Below, piece by piece: positions 1-9,958 of a stretch of 64,000 nucleotides of DNA. Location: assembly GCA_965369375.1 (NCBI GenBank), contig CBDUQN010000002.1, forward strand, positions 36,966 to 100,965. Direction: 5' to 3'. Every line of letters starts with the position of its first letter. The first letter of the stretch is position 1. Below the pieces are notes generated by a model. That model did not search any database and had not been told where the DNA came from. It was given only the letters and a program-made list of their open reading frames with translations. The stretch comes from an uncultured bacterium. Lineage in GTDB: Bacteria; Krumholzibacteriota; Krumholzibacteriia; Krumholzibacteriales; Krumholzibacteriaceae. Made by a program: the position numbers and the translations under genes.

Positions 1-591
1 GGTCTCGAGGCGAAGGGAAAGCGGTTTCTTCTTCAGGCGCTCAATTACGACCCGGATCTCGATTTTGGGCACTGCAACGCGATCGCCGGGGAGCTGCTCC
101 TCGAGCGGAGGGATTACGAAGGATCCGTCGAGCATTTCGAACGTTATCTCGCGGAATATCCGGACACGGCCGGTGCGGCGCAGGTGATGATGCACCTCGG
201 AACGGCATACGAGGGCAAGGGTGATGTAGATAAAGCGATTGAACACTACCGGATCTTTCAGAAACGATATTCGCGGAGCCGGCTCAAGACAACAGCCAGA
301 TGGAGGATAGAAAACCTGCTCTATGCCAAGGCGAAGGATCATAGGGCGGCGGGAGAGACATCGTCGGCGATCGCCGTTCTCGAGCCACTCGCCTCATCGG
401 CTCAGAATCCATTGGTGCGCGAACGGGCCAATTTTGTCTTAGGAGAGATTTTCGAGGAGCAGGGAGATCCGACGAGAGCCCTTTCGTATTACCGTCACGT
501 TATCAACTTGAACCTCGGTTCGAGCGGCAGGCTCGTTGAAAAGGCAAAAGAAAGGATAGAGCGGATTGAGATATCGAAATCTTCCAGGTAA
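1..591 (+). CDS. TPR-repeat protein, 5'-truncated at window edge (frame open from nt 1; first ATG at 184)
   Basis: Frame 1 is open from nt 1 to the stop at 591. TPR-like A/Y/G-rich helical repeats (LGTAYEGKGDVDKAIEHY, LGEIFEEQGDPTRALSYY). Confidence 0.55.
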   Translation, partial: GLEAKGKRFLLQALNYDPDLDFGHCNAIAGELLLERRDYEGSVEHFERYLAEYPDTAGAAQVMMHLGTAYEGKGDVDKAIEHYRIFQKRYSRSRLKTTARWRIENLLYAKAKDHRAAGETSSAIAVLEPLASSAQNPLVRERANFVLGEIFEEQGDPTRALSYYRHVINLNLGSSGRLVEKAKERIERIEISKSSR

Positions 592-1348
592 CGGCTTGTC
601 ATCTGCGATCCTTCTCCTTTCGAGCCTTCTGATCTTCGCGTCGTGCGGCGGGCCCTACACGGCAAAGAGGGTTTCACTGCCCGACGAAAAACTGGCCCTC
701 GCGCGGAAATATTTCGACAGGGGCAGATACAACAGAGCCGCAGCCGAGTACAAGGATTTCCTCGCAACGTTTGCCGGTGACGAGAGAAGCGATTTCGCGC
801 AATACCGTCTTGCCGAGAGCTACCGTTTGGACGGGGATTATGCGCTCGCCGCAGTGGAGTATCGGATTCTTATTACCGATTACGGTTACAGCGAGTATGT
901 CGACGATGCATTCTTTCTCGAGGCCGTCTGTCACTTCAGGCAGGCGCAGCGCTCGGAGCGTGACCAGACGGAGAGCTACAACGCCCTGAACAAGATTACC
1001 AGGTTTCTCCAGCTCTTTCCCGACAGTCCCCGCCGTGAAGAGGCTGAGGCCGCGCGTGATGAGATACACGATCGCCTCGGCCGGAAGGATTTCCTCAATG
1101 CGAAGTTGTATTACAGGGGCAAGCACTATACCGCGGCGCTGATCTACTTCGATAAGATCATCAAGAGCTATCCGAAGACGATCTGGGCAGTGCGGAGTCA
1201 CTACTTCAGGGGGGCGATCATGGAGAAGCGGTATAAATTCGAAGAGGCGATCAAGGAGTACAAAGCCGCCCTGTCATCGGAGAGGTCGTTTCCTGAGAAG
1301 AATCACGCAGGCATGCGTCTAAAGGGGCTCGAGAAGTGGAGCGAGTAG
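566..1348 (+). CDS. bamD: Outer membrane protein assembly lipoprotein BamD/YfiO-like (TPR-like lipoprotein)
   Basis: N-terminal signal plus lipobox-like LIFASCGG. Repeated Y/A-rich helical motifs typical of BamD (AEYKDF, AQYRLAESY, AKLYYRGKHYTAAL). About 250 aa. Start position approximate. Confidence 0.55.
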   Translation: MRYRNLPGNGLSSAILLLSSLLIFASCGGPYTAKRVSLPDEKLALARKYFDRGRYNRAAAEYKDFLATFAGDERSDFAQYRLAESYRLDGDYALAAVEYRILITDYGYSEYVDDAFFLEAVCHFRQAQRSERDQTESYNALNKITRFLQLFPDSPRREEAEAARDEIHDRLGRKDFLNAKLYYRGKHYTAALIYFDKIIKSYPKTIWAVRSHYFRGAIMEKRYKFEEAIKEYKAALSSERSFPEKNHAGMRLKGLEKWSE

Positions 1349-1349
1349 G

Positions 1350-1946
1350 TTGACGGGCAGCTGGAAAGTCGGTCTTTTCGGAGGGACGTTCGATCCGATT
1401 CACACCGGACACCTGATCCTCGCTCAGGTTGCCTCTGATTTCATCGGACTCGACCGTGTCTTCTTTTTGCCGACCTCCTACCCGCCGCACAAGGCCGAAG
1501 CGTCGCTCACCGACTTCGCCACGCGAAGACGGATGGTGGAACTGGCGATAGCGGACAATTCTCGTTTCGAGCTTTCGCTTGCAGAAGAGAGCGAGGGTAT
1601 CGTTTATACATATGAAACGGTTCTCCATTTTGCCGACGGGGGATTCGATCGCGAGGCGCTGCATCTGCTCATCGGGAGCGATTCCCTCGAGGAGCTGTTT
1701 TCCTGGAAGAATCCCGATATCATATTTTCTCGTGCAACGATCGTGGTGCTCAAGCGCCCGGGGTGCGAATCGATGCCGGCGCTGCCGGACGACGCGGCGG
1801 TCATAATGATCGAGACCGGCTGTAATACTATCTCCTCGAGTGAGGTCAGGGAGCGTGTCGGTAGCGGAAAATCGGTGCGCTACCTCGTTCCAGACGCGGT
1901 GGAGCGCTTCATTATCGATCACTCGCTCTACGGCGCAACCGCTTGA
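1350..1946 (+). CDS. nadD: Nicotinate-nucleotide adenylyltransferase
   Basis: GGTFDPIHTGH nucleotidyltransferase motif near the N-terminus; about 198 aa. Non-ATG start (TTG/GTG) inferred from the ORF track. Confidence 0.8.
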   Translation: MTGSWKVGLFGGTFDPIHTGHLILAQVASDFIGLDRVFFLPTSYPPHKAEASLTDFATRRRMVELAIADNSRFELSLAEESEGIVYTYETVLHFADGGFDREALHLLIGSDSLEELFSWKNPDIIFSRATIVVLKRPGCESMPALPDDAAVIMIETGCNTISSSEVRERVGSGKSVRYLVPDAVERFIIDHSLYGATA

Positions 1947-1966
1947 CTGTAAGGGGAATCCTCACC

Positions 1967-4681
1967 ATGGCGCTCTTTCTCATAGATGGACATGCTCTCG
2001 TATACCGGGCGTATTTCGCCTTCATTCGCAGCCCACTGACGAACTCGAAGGGCGAGAATACGAGCGCCGTTTATGGATTCACGAGGACGCTTCTCCAGCT
2101 GATCAAGAAATACCGTCCGGAGCATCTCGCCGTCGTATTCGACAGTGAGGAAGAAACCGAGCGGCACCGCGCGTATCCCGAATACAAGGCGCATCGCGAA
2201 GAGATGCCCGACGAGATGTCGGTGCAGTTCCCCTGGATCTTCGATGTCATAGAGGCTATGGGGATCGCTATCGTGATTAAGCCGGGGTACGAGGCCGACG
2301 ATATAATCGCTACGCTTGCGAGGAAGGATTTTGCGGACGGCATGGACGTCAAGATCGTCACGAGTGACAAGGATCTCTTCCAGCTTCTCTCCGCGAAGGT
2401 GCATATCCTCAAGCCCTCGAAGGGATCGAACTTCGAGGATGAGATAGGTCCCGCATACCTCGAACAGCGATTCGGTCTCGGACCCGACCAGATAGTCGAT
2501 CTCCTTGCGCTCATGGGTGACAGCAGCGATAACATTCCCGGCGTGCGCGGAATCGGTGAAAAGACTGCGCTCAAGCTGCTGCATGCATTCGGCTCGCTCG
2601 ATGAGATACTGGCCAATACGGGCAGGATAGAGCCCCGGCATGTGCGCGACAAGATCGAGCGGGATCGTGACAGCGCACTCTCTTCCCGGGATCTCGTCAC
2701 GCTCTTGGAAGTTCCTCTAGATCTGACGCTCGAGGGCCTCGAGGTGGGAGAGCCCGACGAAAAGCGTCTCACGGAGCTTCTGATCAGGTTCGAATTTCAC
2801 CAGATCCTTCGGGAATTCTCCTTCGGATCGAAGAGCGCCCCGAAACGCGTCGACTACCGGTGCGTGGACGAGCAGGGCCTGTCCGCGCTCGCGGGTGCGC
2901 TTGGGGAAAGCACGGCGTTAGTGCTCGATGTCGAAACGACGTCTCTCGATCCGCTCTCAGCGGAGATCGTCGGGATATCATTCTGCGCGCGGGAAGGGAA
3001 GTCATGGTACGTGCCGGTCTCCTGCGTGGGCGATTCCGAGCCGGGGGGGCTCTTCGACGAGGGTGCAGGCATGGGTGGAGGTATTCCCGTCGATAAGGTG
3101 AGAAACGCCCTCGGACCCGTCCTGTCGGATGCCTCTATCGGCAAGATCGGGCACAATATCAAGTATGATTCCCTGGTGCTCGAAGCACACGGTTTCGAGG
3201 TGAAAGGGATTTCATTCGACACGATGATCGCATCGTACTGTCTCGATCCCGAGCGAAGGTCGCATTCGCTCGATACGCTTGCCCTCGAATTCTGCCGCCA
3301 TACGATGATCTCATACCGGGATCTCTTCCGGCCAGATGACAAGGTGCGCGATATACGTTCCGTTCCCCTCGAGAAGCTCACCCGGTACTCCTGCGAGGAT
3401 GCCGACTACACGATGAGACTGAAGAATATTTTCGATCCGAAGCTCGACTCGTACGGCGTGACTAAGCTCTTCAACGAGGTCGAGATGCCCCTCGCACTCG
3501 TTCTGGCGAGGATGGAGCGGGAAGGCGTCGCGCTCGACACGGGCATTCTAGAGTCCCTCTCGGATGGCGTTACCCGTGATCTCGATCGTCTGACATCACA
3601 GATCCACGAGATGGCGGGTGAGCAGTTCAATATCAATTCGAGCAAGCAGCTTCAGCGAATACTCTTTGAGAAACTGGGCCTCCCCGTCGTCAGACGGACA
3701 AAAACGGGATTCTCGACCGATGTCGAGGTGTTGCGCGAGCTCGCGCCGCAAAACGAGATCGCCGGAGCGGTTCTCGAGCACAGGCAGCTCTCGAAGCTCG
3801 CGAGCACGTATCTCCAAGCGTTGCCGAAGCTCGTGAATGATTCGACGGGGCGCATCCATACTTCATTCAACCAGACGGTGACGGCGACCGGCCGTCTCTC
3901 GTCGAGTGAGCCCAATTTGCAGAACATACCGATTCGAACCGAACTCGGGAGACGGATACGCAGCGCGTTCGTGCCGCGGGAGGGAAACGTCTTGATGGAC
4001 GCTGATTACTCGCAGATAGAGCTTCGCATCCTGGCGCACCTTTCCGAGGACGAGGCGCTGATGGAGGCATTCAGAGAGGGTGTCGATATCCACACGAGAA
4101 CCGCCGCGCGGATAAACGGCGTGAGCGAGGAGGAAGTCGACGGTGCGATGCGCTCACGCGCTAAGACGATCAATTTCGGCGTCGTGTACGGCATGGGTGC
4201 GCGCGGCCTCGCGCGCCAGCTCGGAATCCCGGTGCAGGAAGCGAAACAATTTATCGAGGAGTATTTCAGCACCTACCCGGGAGTCAAGGCGTTCATCGAT
4301 ACGGCGATCGAGAATGCCCGCAACAACATGTATACCGAGACATTGCTCGGCAGGAGACGTCTCCTTCCCGATATCAACACCGATGACGGGCGGGTGCGGA
4401 GTTTTTCCGAGCGCATAGCCGTGAATACGCCTATCCAGGGCACCGCGGCGGACATGATAAAGGTGGCGATGGTGAATATCGATCGGGCCGTCATGGAGCG
4501 CGCCCTCGGCAGCAGGATGATTCTGCAGGTTCACGACGAGCTCGTATTCGATGTTCCTCCCGCTGAGCTAGACGTCATCAAGGAGATTGTCCGATCATCG
4601 ATGGAGGCGGCGATCGACCTTCGCGTGCCTATCGTCGTCGACATCGGATGCGGCAAGAATTGGTTGGAGGCCCATCCATGA
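1967..4681 (+). CDS. polA: DNA polymerase I
   Basis: 5'-3' exonuclease N-terminus (MALFLIDGHALVYRAYFAF), 3'-5' exonuclease region and C-terminal polymerase motifs (RRxAKTINFGVVYG, LQVHDELVF). ATG at 1967 preceded by AAGGGG. The ORF track start at 1943 is a TTG extension. Confidence 0.95.
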   Translation: MALFLIDGHALVYRAYFAFIRSPLTNSKGENTSAVYGFTRTLLQLIKKYRPEHLAVVFDSEEETERHRAYPEYKAHREEMPDEMSVQFPWIFDVIEAMGIAIVIKPGYEADDIIATLARKDFADGMDVKIVTSDKDLFQLLSAKVHILKPSKGSNFEDEIGPAYLEQRFGLGPDQIVDLLALMGDSSDNIPGVRGIGEKTALKLLHAFGSLDEILANTGRIEPRHVRDKIERDRDSALSSRDLVTLLEVPLDLTLEGLEVGEPDEKRLTELLIRFEFHQILREFSFGSKSAPKRVDYRCVDEQGLSALAGALGESTALVLDVETTSLDPLSAEIVGISFCAREGKSWYVPVSCVGDSEPGGLFDEGAGMGGGIPVDKVRNALGPVLSDASIGKIGHNIKYDSLVLEAHGFEVKGISFDTMIASYCLDPERRSHSLDTLALEFCRHTMISYRDLFRPDDKVRDIRSVPLEKLTRYSCEDADYTMRLKNIFDPKLDSYGVTKLFNEVEMPLALVLARMEREGVALDTGILESLSDGVTRDLDRLTSQIHEMAGEQFNINSSKQLQRILFEKLGLPVVRRTKTGFSTDVEVLRELAPQNEIAGAVLEHRQLSKLASTYLQALPKLVNDSTGRIHTSFNQTVTATGRLSSSEPNLQNIPIRTELGRRIRSAFVPREGNVLMDADYSQIELRILAHLSEDEALMEAFREGVDIHTRTAARINGVSEEEVDGAMRSRAKTINFGVVYGMGARGLARQLGIPVQEAKQFIEEYFSTYPGVKAFIDTAIENARNNMYTETLLGRRRLLPDINTDDGRVRSFSERIAVNTPIQGTAADMIKVAMVNIDRAVMERALGSRMILQVHDELVFDVPPAELDVIKEIVRSSMEAAIDLRVPIVVDIGCGKNWLEAHP

Positions 4682-5280
4682 GACCACCGATTATCGTTGT
4701 CACGGGCTCTATAGCCTCGGGAAAAACGCTTGTCGCGGATCTTCTCGCCGGCGCGGACGGAGCGCTCATCGACTGTGACTCGCTCGCGCACCGTGCCTAC
4801 GATGACGCCGAGCTAACAGAGCGCATCATCCGGAGATTCGGCGATTCGATCCTCACGCCTTCCGGGAAGATCTCGAGGGTTGAACTCGGAAGAATGGTTT
4901 TCTCCGATAGTCAACTCCTTGCGGCGCTCAACAGGCTCGTAGGGCCGTTCGTGGGGAGGATTATCGGCGAAAAGGTAAGGAGTTTGAGAACCGAGGCGCG
5001 ATATATTGTGCTTGATGCGGTGCTCTTTTTTCAGTATAAATTCAGGTTCAAAGTCGATCTCGTGGTGCTGACGGAAGCCTCCATGGAGACACGTCTCAGT
5101 CGAGTGATGCGCAGAGACGGGTTTTCGAGAAAGGAGGCTCTCATGCGAATTGAGCGGCAAAAATCCCTCGAGCGGGAATGGGCGCAGGCCGACATTACAA
5201 TACGCACGGACCAACCGAGGGAGAGGGTTATCGCCGCCGCGGCCGGCATACGCGACCGGTTCATCGCGCAGTACCTGTAG
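4678..5280 (+). CDS. coaE: Dephospho-CoA kinase
   Basis: P-loop IIVVTGSIASGKT near the N-terminus; about 200 aa. ATGA overlap with the polA stop (ATG 4678, polA TGA 4679-4681). Confidence 0.8.
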   Translation: MRPPIIVVTGSIASGKTLVADLLAGADGALIDCDSLAHRAYDDAELTERIIRRFGDSILTPSGKISRVELGRMVFSDSQLLAALNRLVGPFVGRIIGEKVRSLRTEARYIVLDAVLFFQYKFRFKVDLVVLTEASMETRLSRVMRRDGFSRKEALMRIERQKSLEREWAQADITIRTDQPRERVIAAAAGIRDRFIAQYL

Positions 5281-5296
5281 CTGAGCGGAGGAGTTC

Positions 5297-6416
5297 ATGG
5301 AATCGAGAATGACATCGAAGGAGATCGAGGAGCACATCCTCAAAATGGAGGAGCGGCTTTCGGCGCTGCAGGGTTACCTTTGACCTGGAAGGGATGGACA
5401 GGGACGCCGCTTCGATAGAGAAGCTGATGGAGGTGCCGGGCTTCTGGGACGATCGCGAAAAGGCCGAGTCGCTGGTTTCGAGACTCAAGAAACTGAGGGG
5501 CAGCCTCGATCCTTTCAGGGCGCTTCAGGAGGACCTCGAGGCGATTAAGGAGCTGATCGCTCTCGATTCCGAGGTAGAAGAGGAATCGCTCCACGGTGAG
5601 ATAACCGCCGAGCTCGGCACATTGGAACGCAGGCTCATCGACTTCGAGATGAAGGTGCTCCTCGGCGGGGAGCATGACGGCGACAACGCGCTGATGAACA
5701 TACATCCGGGCGCCGGGGGAACGGAATCGCAGGACTGGGCCGAGATGCTGGTGCGGCTCTACACGCGGTACCTCGAGCAGAACGGGTACAGTATCCGGAT
5801 CCTCGATCACCAGCCGGGCGATGAGGCGGGGATCAAGAACGCCACAATAGAGATAAAAGGCGAGTACGCATACGGCAGGCTTAAATCCGAGAGTGGTATT
5901 CACCGGCTCGTGCGCATTTCTCCATTTGACGCGAGTAAGCGGAGGCATACATCGTTCGCTTCCGTTTTCGTATATCCTGAAATCGATGACAAGGTCGAAG
6001 TAGAGATCATTCCGAATGATATTCGTGTCGACACATACCGCGCGAGCGGCGCAGGCGGACAACACGTCAACAAGGTTTCCTCCGCCGTTCGGATCACGCA
6101 TTTTCCGTCGGGGATCGTCGTGCAGTGCCAGAACGAGCGTTCCCAGCACCGCAACCGGGAAATGTGCATGAGGGTGCTCCGGTCGCGAATCTACGCCAAG
6201 CTCCTCGAGAAGGAGGAAGAGAAGAAGGCGAAGATCGCCGGAGAAAAAAAGGACATATCCTGGGGAAACCAGATACGCAGTTATGTATTTCAACCATATA
6301 CAATGGTGAAGGATCATCGCACCGGCGTACAAACGGGCAATATCCAGGCGGTGATGAACGGGGAGATCGACGAATTCATAGAAGGGTATCTGAGATGGAA
6401 GGAAAGGAAGTCGTAA
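5297..6416 (+). CDS. prfB: Peptide chain release factor 2 with programmed +1 frameshift: join(5297..5380,5382..6416)
   Basis: ORF0 MESRMTSKEIEEHILKMEERLSALQGYL ends at an in-frame UGA (5381-5383) in the context CUU UGA C. The +1 frame continues DLEGMDRDAASIEKL... and carries the RF2 motifs SPFDASKRRHTSFASVFVYPE and GGQHVN. Layout matches E. coli RF2 (LRGYL*DY). GGAGGAG precedes ATG 5297. Confidence 0.9.
5372..5383 (+). promoter_or_regulatory. prfB: prfB autoregulatory +1 frameshift site (GGU UAC CUU UGA, slippery CUU followed by UGA C, weak upstream SD-like AGGG)
   Basis: Read directly: cag ggt tac ctt tga cct. The stop lies 28 codons into the gene and the downstream +1 frame encodes the rest of RF2. 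Confidence 0.85.
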
Positions 6417-6417
6417 C

Positions 6418-7914
6418 GTGACGGGTGAGGACCCGAAATCAAACGCAGGGAAGGAACGGGATCAGCGTATACTCAAGCTCGACCAGCTCCGCGCCATGGG
6501 CATCAATCCATATCCATACCGTTTCGAGCGAACGCATCACATCGCTGCTGCGGTGGCTGGGGAGGAGAAACTCACATCGGCCGGGACCGAGCTCGTTCTC
6601 GCCGGCCGGGTGATGTCGCTGCGAAAGCACGGTCACGCGGCTTTCGGAAACATCAAGGACAGTACGGGTACGATCCAGTTCTATATCAAGGAGGACGAGA
6701 TCGGCGAGGCGGCGTTCGAGGCCTTCAAGCTCGTCGATGTCGGCGACATCATCGGGATCACCGGGGTGTTCTTCCGCACGCGGACAGAGGAGCTGACGCT
6801 CAGGATCGGAGTGCTCGAGCTTCTCTGCAAGGCACTCAGGCCGCTTCCCGAAAAGTACCACGGGCTGCAAAACAAGGAACTCCGGTATCGTCGCAGGTAT
6901 GTCGATCTCATTGTCAATGATGATGTGGTGCAAGTTTTTCTCATGAGATCGAAAATCATCGAGACCGTGAGACGGTTTCTGCTCGACAACGACTTCGTGG
7001 AAGTCGAAACGCCTATTCTGCAGCCGATATACGGCGGCGCCGTGGCGAGACCGTTCATGACCCATCACAACGCTCTCGGGATGGATCTGTATTTGCGCAT
7101 CGCGGATGAGCTCTATCTCAAGCGTCTCATAGCGGGCGGCATGGAACGCGTCTTCGAATTCGCCAAGGATTTCCGAAACGAGGGCATGGATCGATCTCAC
7201 AATCCCGAGTTTACCATGCTCGAATGCTACGCGGCCTACTGGGATTACAATGACATGATGAATTTCGTCGAGCAGATGTTTTCCGCTCTTTCGGTGGGAG
7301 TGCTGGGAACGAACAAGTTCGTCTATTCGGAAACCGAACTCGATTTCTCTCCGCCCTGGCGGAGGTTGAAATTCTTTGAAGCTCTCGAGACGGTGACGGG
7401 AGCGGATCTAGCCGGCGCCGATGAGAAGAAACTTGGACGTTTGGCGAAAGACGGAAATATCGATCTCGAAGGTGTAACGGGAAGAGCCGGCCTTCTCGAT
7501 GCTCTCTTTTCCGAGCTCGTCGAACCTACGCTCATCCAGCCCACCTTTGTAATGGATTATCCTGTGGAGCTCTCGCCGCTCGCGAAGCTGCATCGCGAGA
7601 CGGAGGGTCTTGTGGAGCGGTTCGAACCGTATATAGCCGGACTCGAAATCGGGAACGCGTTCAGCGAGCTCAATGACCCTCTCGATCAGCGTAACCGCTT
7701 CGAGCGGCAGAACGCGGCGCGCGCGGCCGGGGCTGCCGAGGCCCACCCGATCGATGAAGATTACCTCCGGGCGCTCGAGCACGGCATGCCGCCGACGGGA
7801 GGGCTCGGAATCGGAATAGACAGGGTGATCATGTTGCTCACCGACTCGCCTTCCATTCGGGACGTCATCCTCTTTCCCCAGATGCGCCCCGAGGAAGGCA
7901 GGGAGAAAGAGTGA
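6418..7914 (+). CDS. lysS: Lysyl-tRNA synthetase (class II)
   Basis: Anticodon-binding OB-fold N-terminus followed by a class II catalytic core (motifs around FEFAKDFRNEGMD and GGLGIGIDRVIMLLTD). GTG start 1 nt after the prfB stop. prfB-lysS is a conserved gene pair. Confidence 0.9.
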   Translation: MTGEDPKSNAGKERDQRILKLDQLRAMGINPYPYRFERTHHIAAAVAGEEKLTSAGTELVLAGRVMSLRKHGHAAFGNIKDSTGTIQFYIKEDEIGEAAFEAFKLVDVGDIIGITGVFFRTRTEELTLRIGVLELLCKALRPLPEKYHGLQNKELRYRRRYVDLIVNDDVVQVFLMRSKIIETVRRFLLDNDFVEVETPILQPIYGGAVARPFMTHHNALGMDLYLRIADELYLKRLIAGGMERVFEFAKDFRNEGMDRSHNPEFTMLECYAAYWDYNDMMNFVEQMFSALSVGVLGTNKFVYSETELDFSPPWRRLKFFEALETVTGADLAGADEKKLGRLAKDGNIDLEGVTGRAGLLDALFSELVEPTLIQPTFVMDYPVELSPLAKLHRETEGLVERFEPYIAGLEIGNAFSELNDPLDQRNRFERQNAARAAGAAEAHPIDEDYLRALEHGMPPTGGLGIGIDRVIMLLTDSPSIRDVILFPQMRPEEGREKE

Positions 7915-7919
7915 GATAG

Positions 7920-9176
7920 ATGCACTATTCTCTCTCGATAGCGCTGCGGTATCTGCGAAAGAGACGTCGCAGCGGTTTCGTTTCACGCGTCACGATGATC
8001 GCCGTCGGGGGAACCTTTGTCGGCGTCGCAACGCTCATTATCGTTCTCTCGCTCATGAATGGTTTCGAGAGCGAGCTCCGCAGCAGGATCATCGGATTCA
8101 ACACCCACGTTCTCGTCTTTGCGAGAACCCCGGGATCGTGGACCGGCATCGATTCGATCGCGGCCGAGATCGAATCGATACCGAATGTCGTCGCATCAGC
8201 GCCGTTCGTGAGGGGGGAAGCGCTGGTCTATTACGAGATGGTGCCCGGTGTCAGGGTGAAAACGAAAGGCGTGATCGTCAAGGGGGTGGAGCTCAACAGG
8301 GAACGGAATGTATCGACCGTGATTGATTCCATCTCGCCTCCCGTTCGATCGTTCATCGTGGATGGCTTCGAGGAGGACGAGGATCTGCCGGGGATCGTAT
8401 TCGGAAAGGATCTCGGCAAGGATTTGAGAATCTATCTCGGCGAGGTGGTAACGCTCGTAACCACCCCCGCGAAGCTCAGGGTCGGCAAGATCCATCCGCG
8501 GACGCGTGATTTCCGCGTTATAGGTTTCTTCAAGACGGGGGTCTACGAATTCGACTCCCGGTTCGCCTACATCGACATCGGAGAGGCGGAGAGCTTTTTC
8601 GATTTCGAGGCGGCGACACGGGGGCTCGGCATCAAGGTGGAGGATATCTACCAGGCCGATTCCGTCGACGAGGAAATAAATGAACGGCTGCAGTCTTACG
8701 TCTACGGCACGAACAACTGGATACAGCTCAACCGGAATCTCTTCAGTTATATAAAAGTCGAGAAGATATTGATGTTCCTGCTTCTCACCCTGATCATTCT
8801 CGTTGCCGCCTTCAATCTCGTCGGAATGTTGACGATGGTAATCATGGAGAAGCGCAGCGAGATCGGGATACTGCGGTCGATGGGCGCATCGTCCGGCGGG
8901 ATCATGTCGATATTCATGATCGAGGGAACGTTGATAGGCGTCATAGGGACTATAATGGGAATCGCTGCAGGGCTCGGTATCTGCGCGATTCTGAGTTCGG
9001 TGAAGATAGATCTTCCCGCGGATGTCTACTTTATCAATACCCTCCCCGTCCTCGTTCAGGGACAGGATATAGTGATAGTAAGTCTCGCGTCACTCTTCAT
9101 ATCGTTTGTCGCGGCGGTCTATCCGAGCTGGGAGGCGTGCCGTCTTATGCCGCTCGACGTTATCCGGTATGACTGA
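7920..9176 (+). CDS. Lipoprotein-releasing system permease, LolC/LolE (FtsX/MacB-type) family
   Basis: N-terminal LRYLRKRR plus TM segment, a large periplasmic domain and a C-terminal FtsX-like 3-TM bundle. 418 aa, immediately upstream of lolD. A single permease gene, as in non-gammaproteobacterial Lol systems. Confidence 0.75.
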   Translation: MHYSLSIALRYLRKRRRSGFVSRVTMIAVGGTFVGVATLIIVLSLMNGFESELRSRIIGFNTHVLVFARTPGSWTGIDSIAAEIESIPNVVASAPFVRGEALVYYEMVPGVRVKTKGVIVKGVELNRERNVSTVIDSISPPVRSFIVDGFEEDEDLPGIVFGKDLGKDLRIYLGEVVTLVTTPAKLRVGKIHPRTRDFRVIGFFKTGVYEFDSRFAYIDIGEAESFFDFEAATRGLGIKVEDIYQADSVDEEINERLQSYVYGTNNWIQLNRNLFSYIKVEKILMFLLLTLIILVAAFNLVGMLTMVIMEKRSEIGILRSMGASSGGIMSIFMIEGTLIGVIGTIMGIAAGLGICAILSSVKIDLPADVYFINTLPVLVQGQDIVIVSLASLFISFVAAVYPSWEACRLMPLDVIRYD

Positions 9177-9263
9177 GCGCCAATTCCGTTAAGCGCGGCT
9201 CGAGAGGCATGCTAGAGGGCGTCTTGCTATAAGTGGAGCGAGTAAGTATATTTAAATACATCT

Positions 9264-9950
9264 GTGTGTATCTTGAAGGCAGAAGACGTTTGGAAGACCT
9301 TTCCGGGCTCGAAGGGGACGATCGAGGTTCTGACAGGTTTGAACCTCTCGGTGCGCGAGGGTGAAATAGCTGTAATTATCGGAGATTCCGGGGTGGGCAA
9401 AAGCACGCTGCTTCATATTCTCGGCACGCTCGACGTGCCGGACAGGGGCAGGGTCTTCATCCAGGGCAGGGATCCACGGGAGTGCTCGAGCGCCGAACTC
9501 AATGAGATACGGAACCGTAACATTGGATTTATATTCCAGTTCCACTATCTTCTGCCCGAATTCGATGCGCTCGAAAACGTGATGATGCCGGCTATCCTGA
9601 GAGGCACCGGGAGGGAGGCGGCCGAGAAGCGGGCAACGATGCTTCTCGCCGAGGTCGGCCTTGAAGAGCGTGTTTCGCACCGGCCGGCAGAGCTCTCTGG
9701 AGGAGAGCAGCAGCGGATCGCCGTTGCGAGAGCCCTTATGAACGCGCCGGCGATCGTGCTGGCGGACGAGCCCTCGGGCAACCTCGACGAGCGCAACAGT
9801 GAAGGGCTGCACTCGTTGATTCAGGAGCTCAGCAGATCGAAGAAACAGACATTTGTCATCGTGACGCACAAGAAGGAATTGTTACTGAAAGCCGACAGGA
9901 CGCTCGTTTTACGAGAAGGGATTCTGCACGATATGGATGGCGCCGGGTAG
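9264..9950 (+). CDS. lolD: Lipoprotein-releasing ABC transporter ATPase
   Basis: Walker A GDSGVGKST, ABC signature LSGGEQQRIAVARAL, Walker B IVLADEPSGNLD. Start ambiguous (GTG 9264 or TTG 9273). Confidence 0.8.
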   Translation: MCILKAEDVWKTFPGSKGTIEVLTGLNLSVREGEIAVIIGDSGVGKSTLLHILGTLDVPDRGRVFIQGRDPRECSSAELNEIRNRNIGFIFQFHYLLPEFDALENVMMPAILRGTGREAAEKRATMLLAEVGLEERVSHRPAELSGGEQQRIAVARALMNAPAIVLADEPSGNLDERNSEGLHSLIQELSRSKKQTFVIVTHKKELLLKADRTLVLREGILHDMDGAG

Positions 9951-9958
9951 GAGCAATC

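Noticed and set aside
2071-2772. Numerous 60-300 aa antisense or alternate-frame ORFs throughout (e.g. 2071-2772 -, 5340-6332 -, 6439-7200 -, 11394-12656 -, 14099-14914 -, 20672-21493 -, 27758-28756 -, 48196-49215 -, 58652-59923 -, 62479-63138 -)
   Set aside because: They lie opposite or out of frame to strongly supported conserved genes and have Arg/Ser/Pro-rich low-complexity translations typical of shadow ORFs in high-GC DNA. None has an RBS or a recognisable domain.
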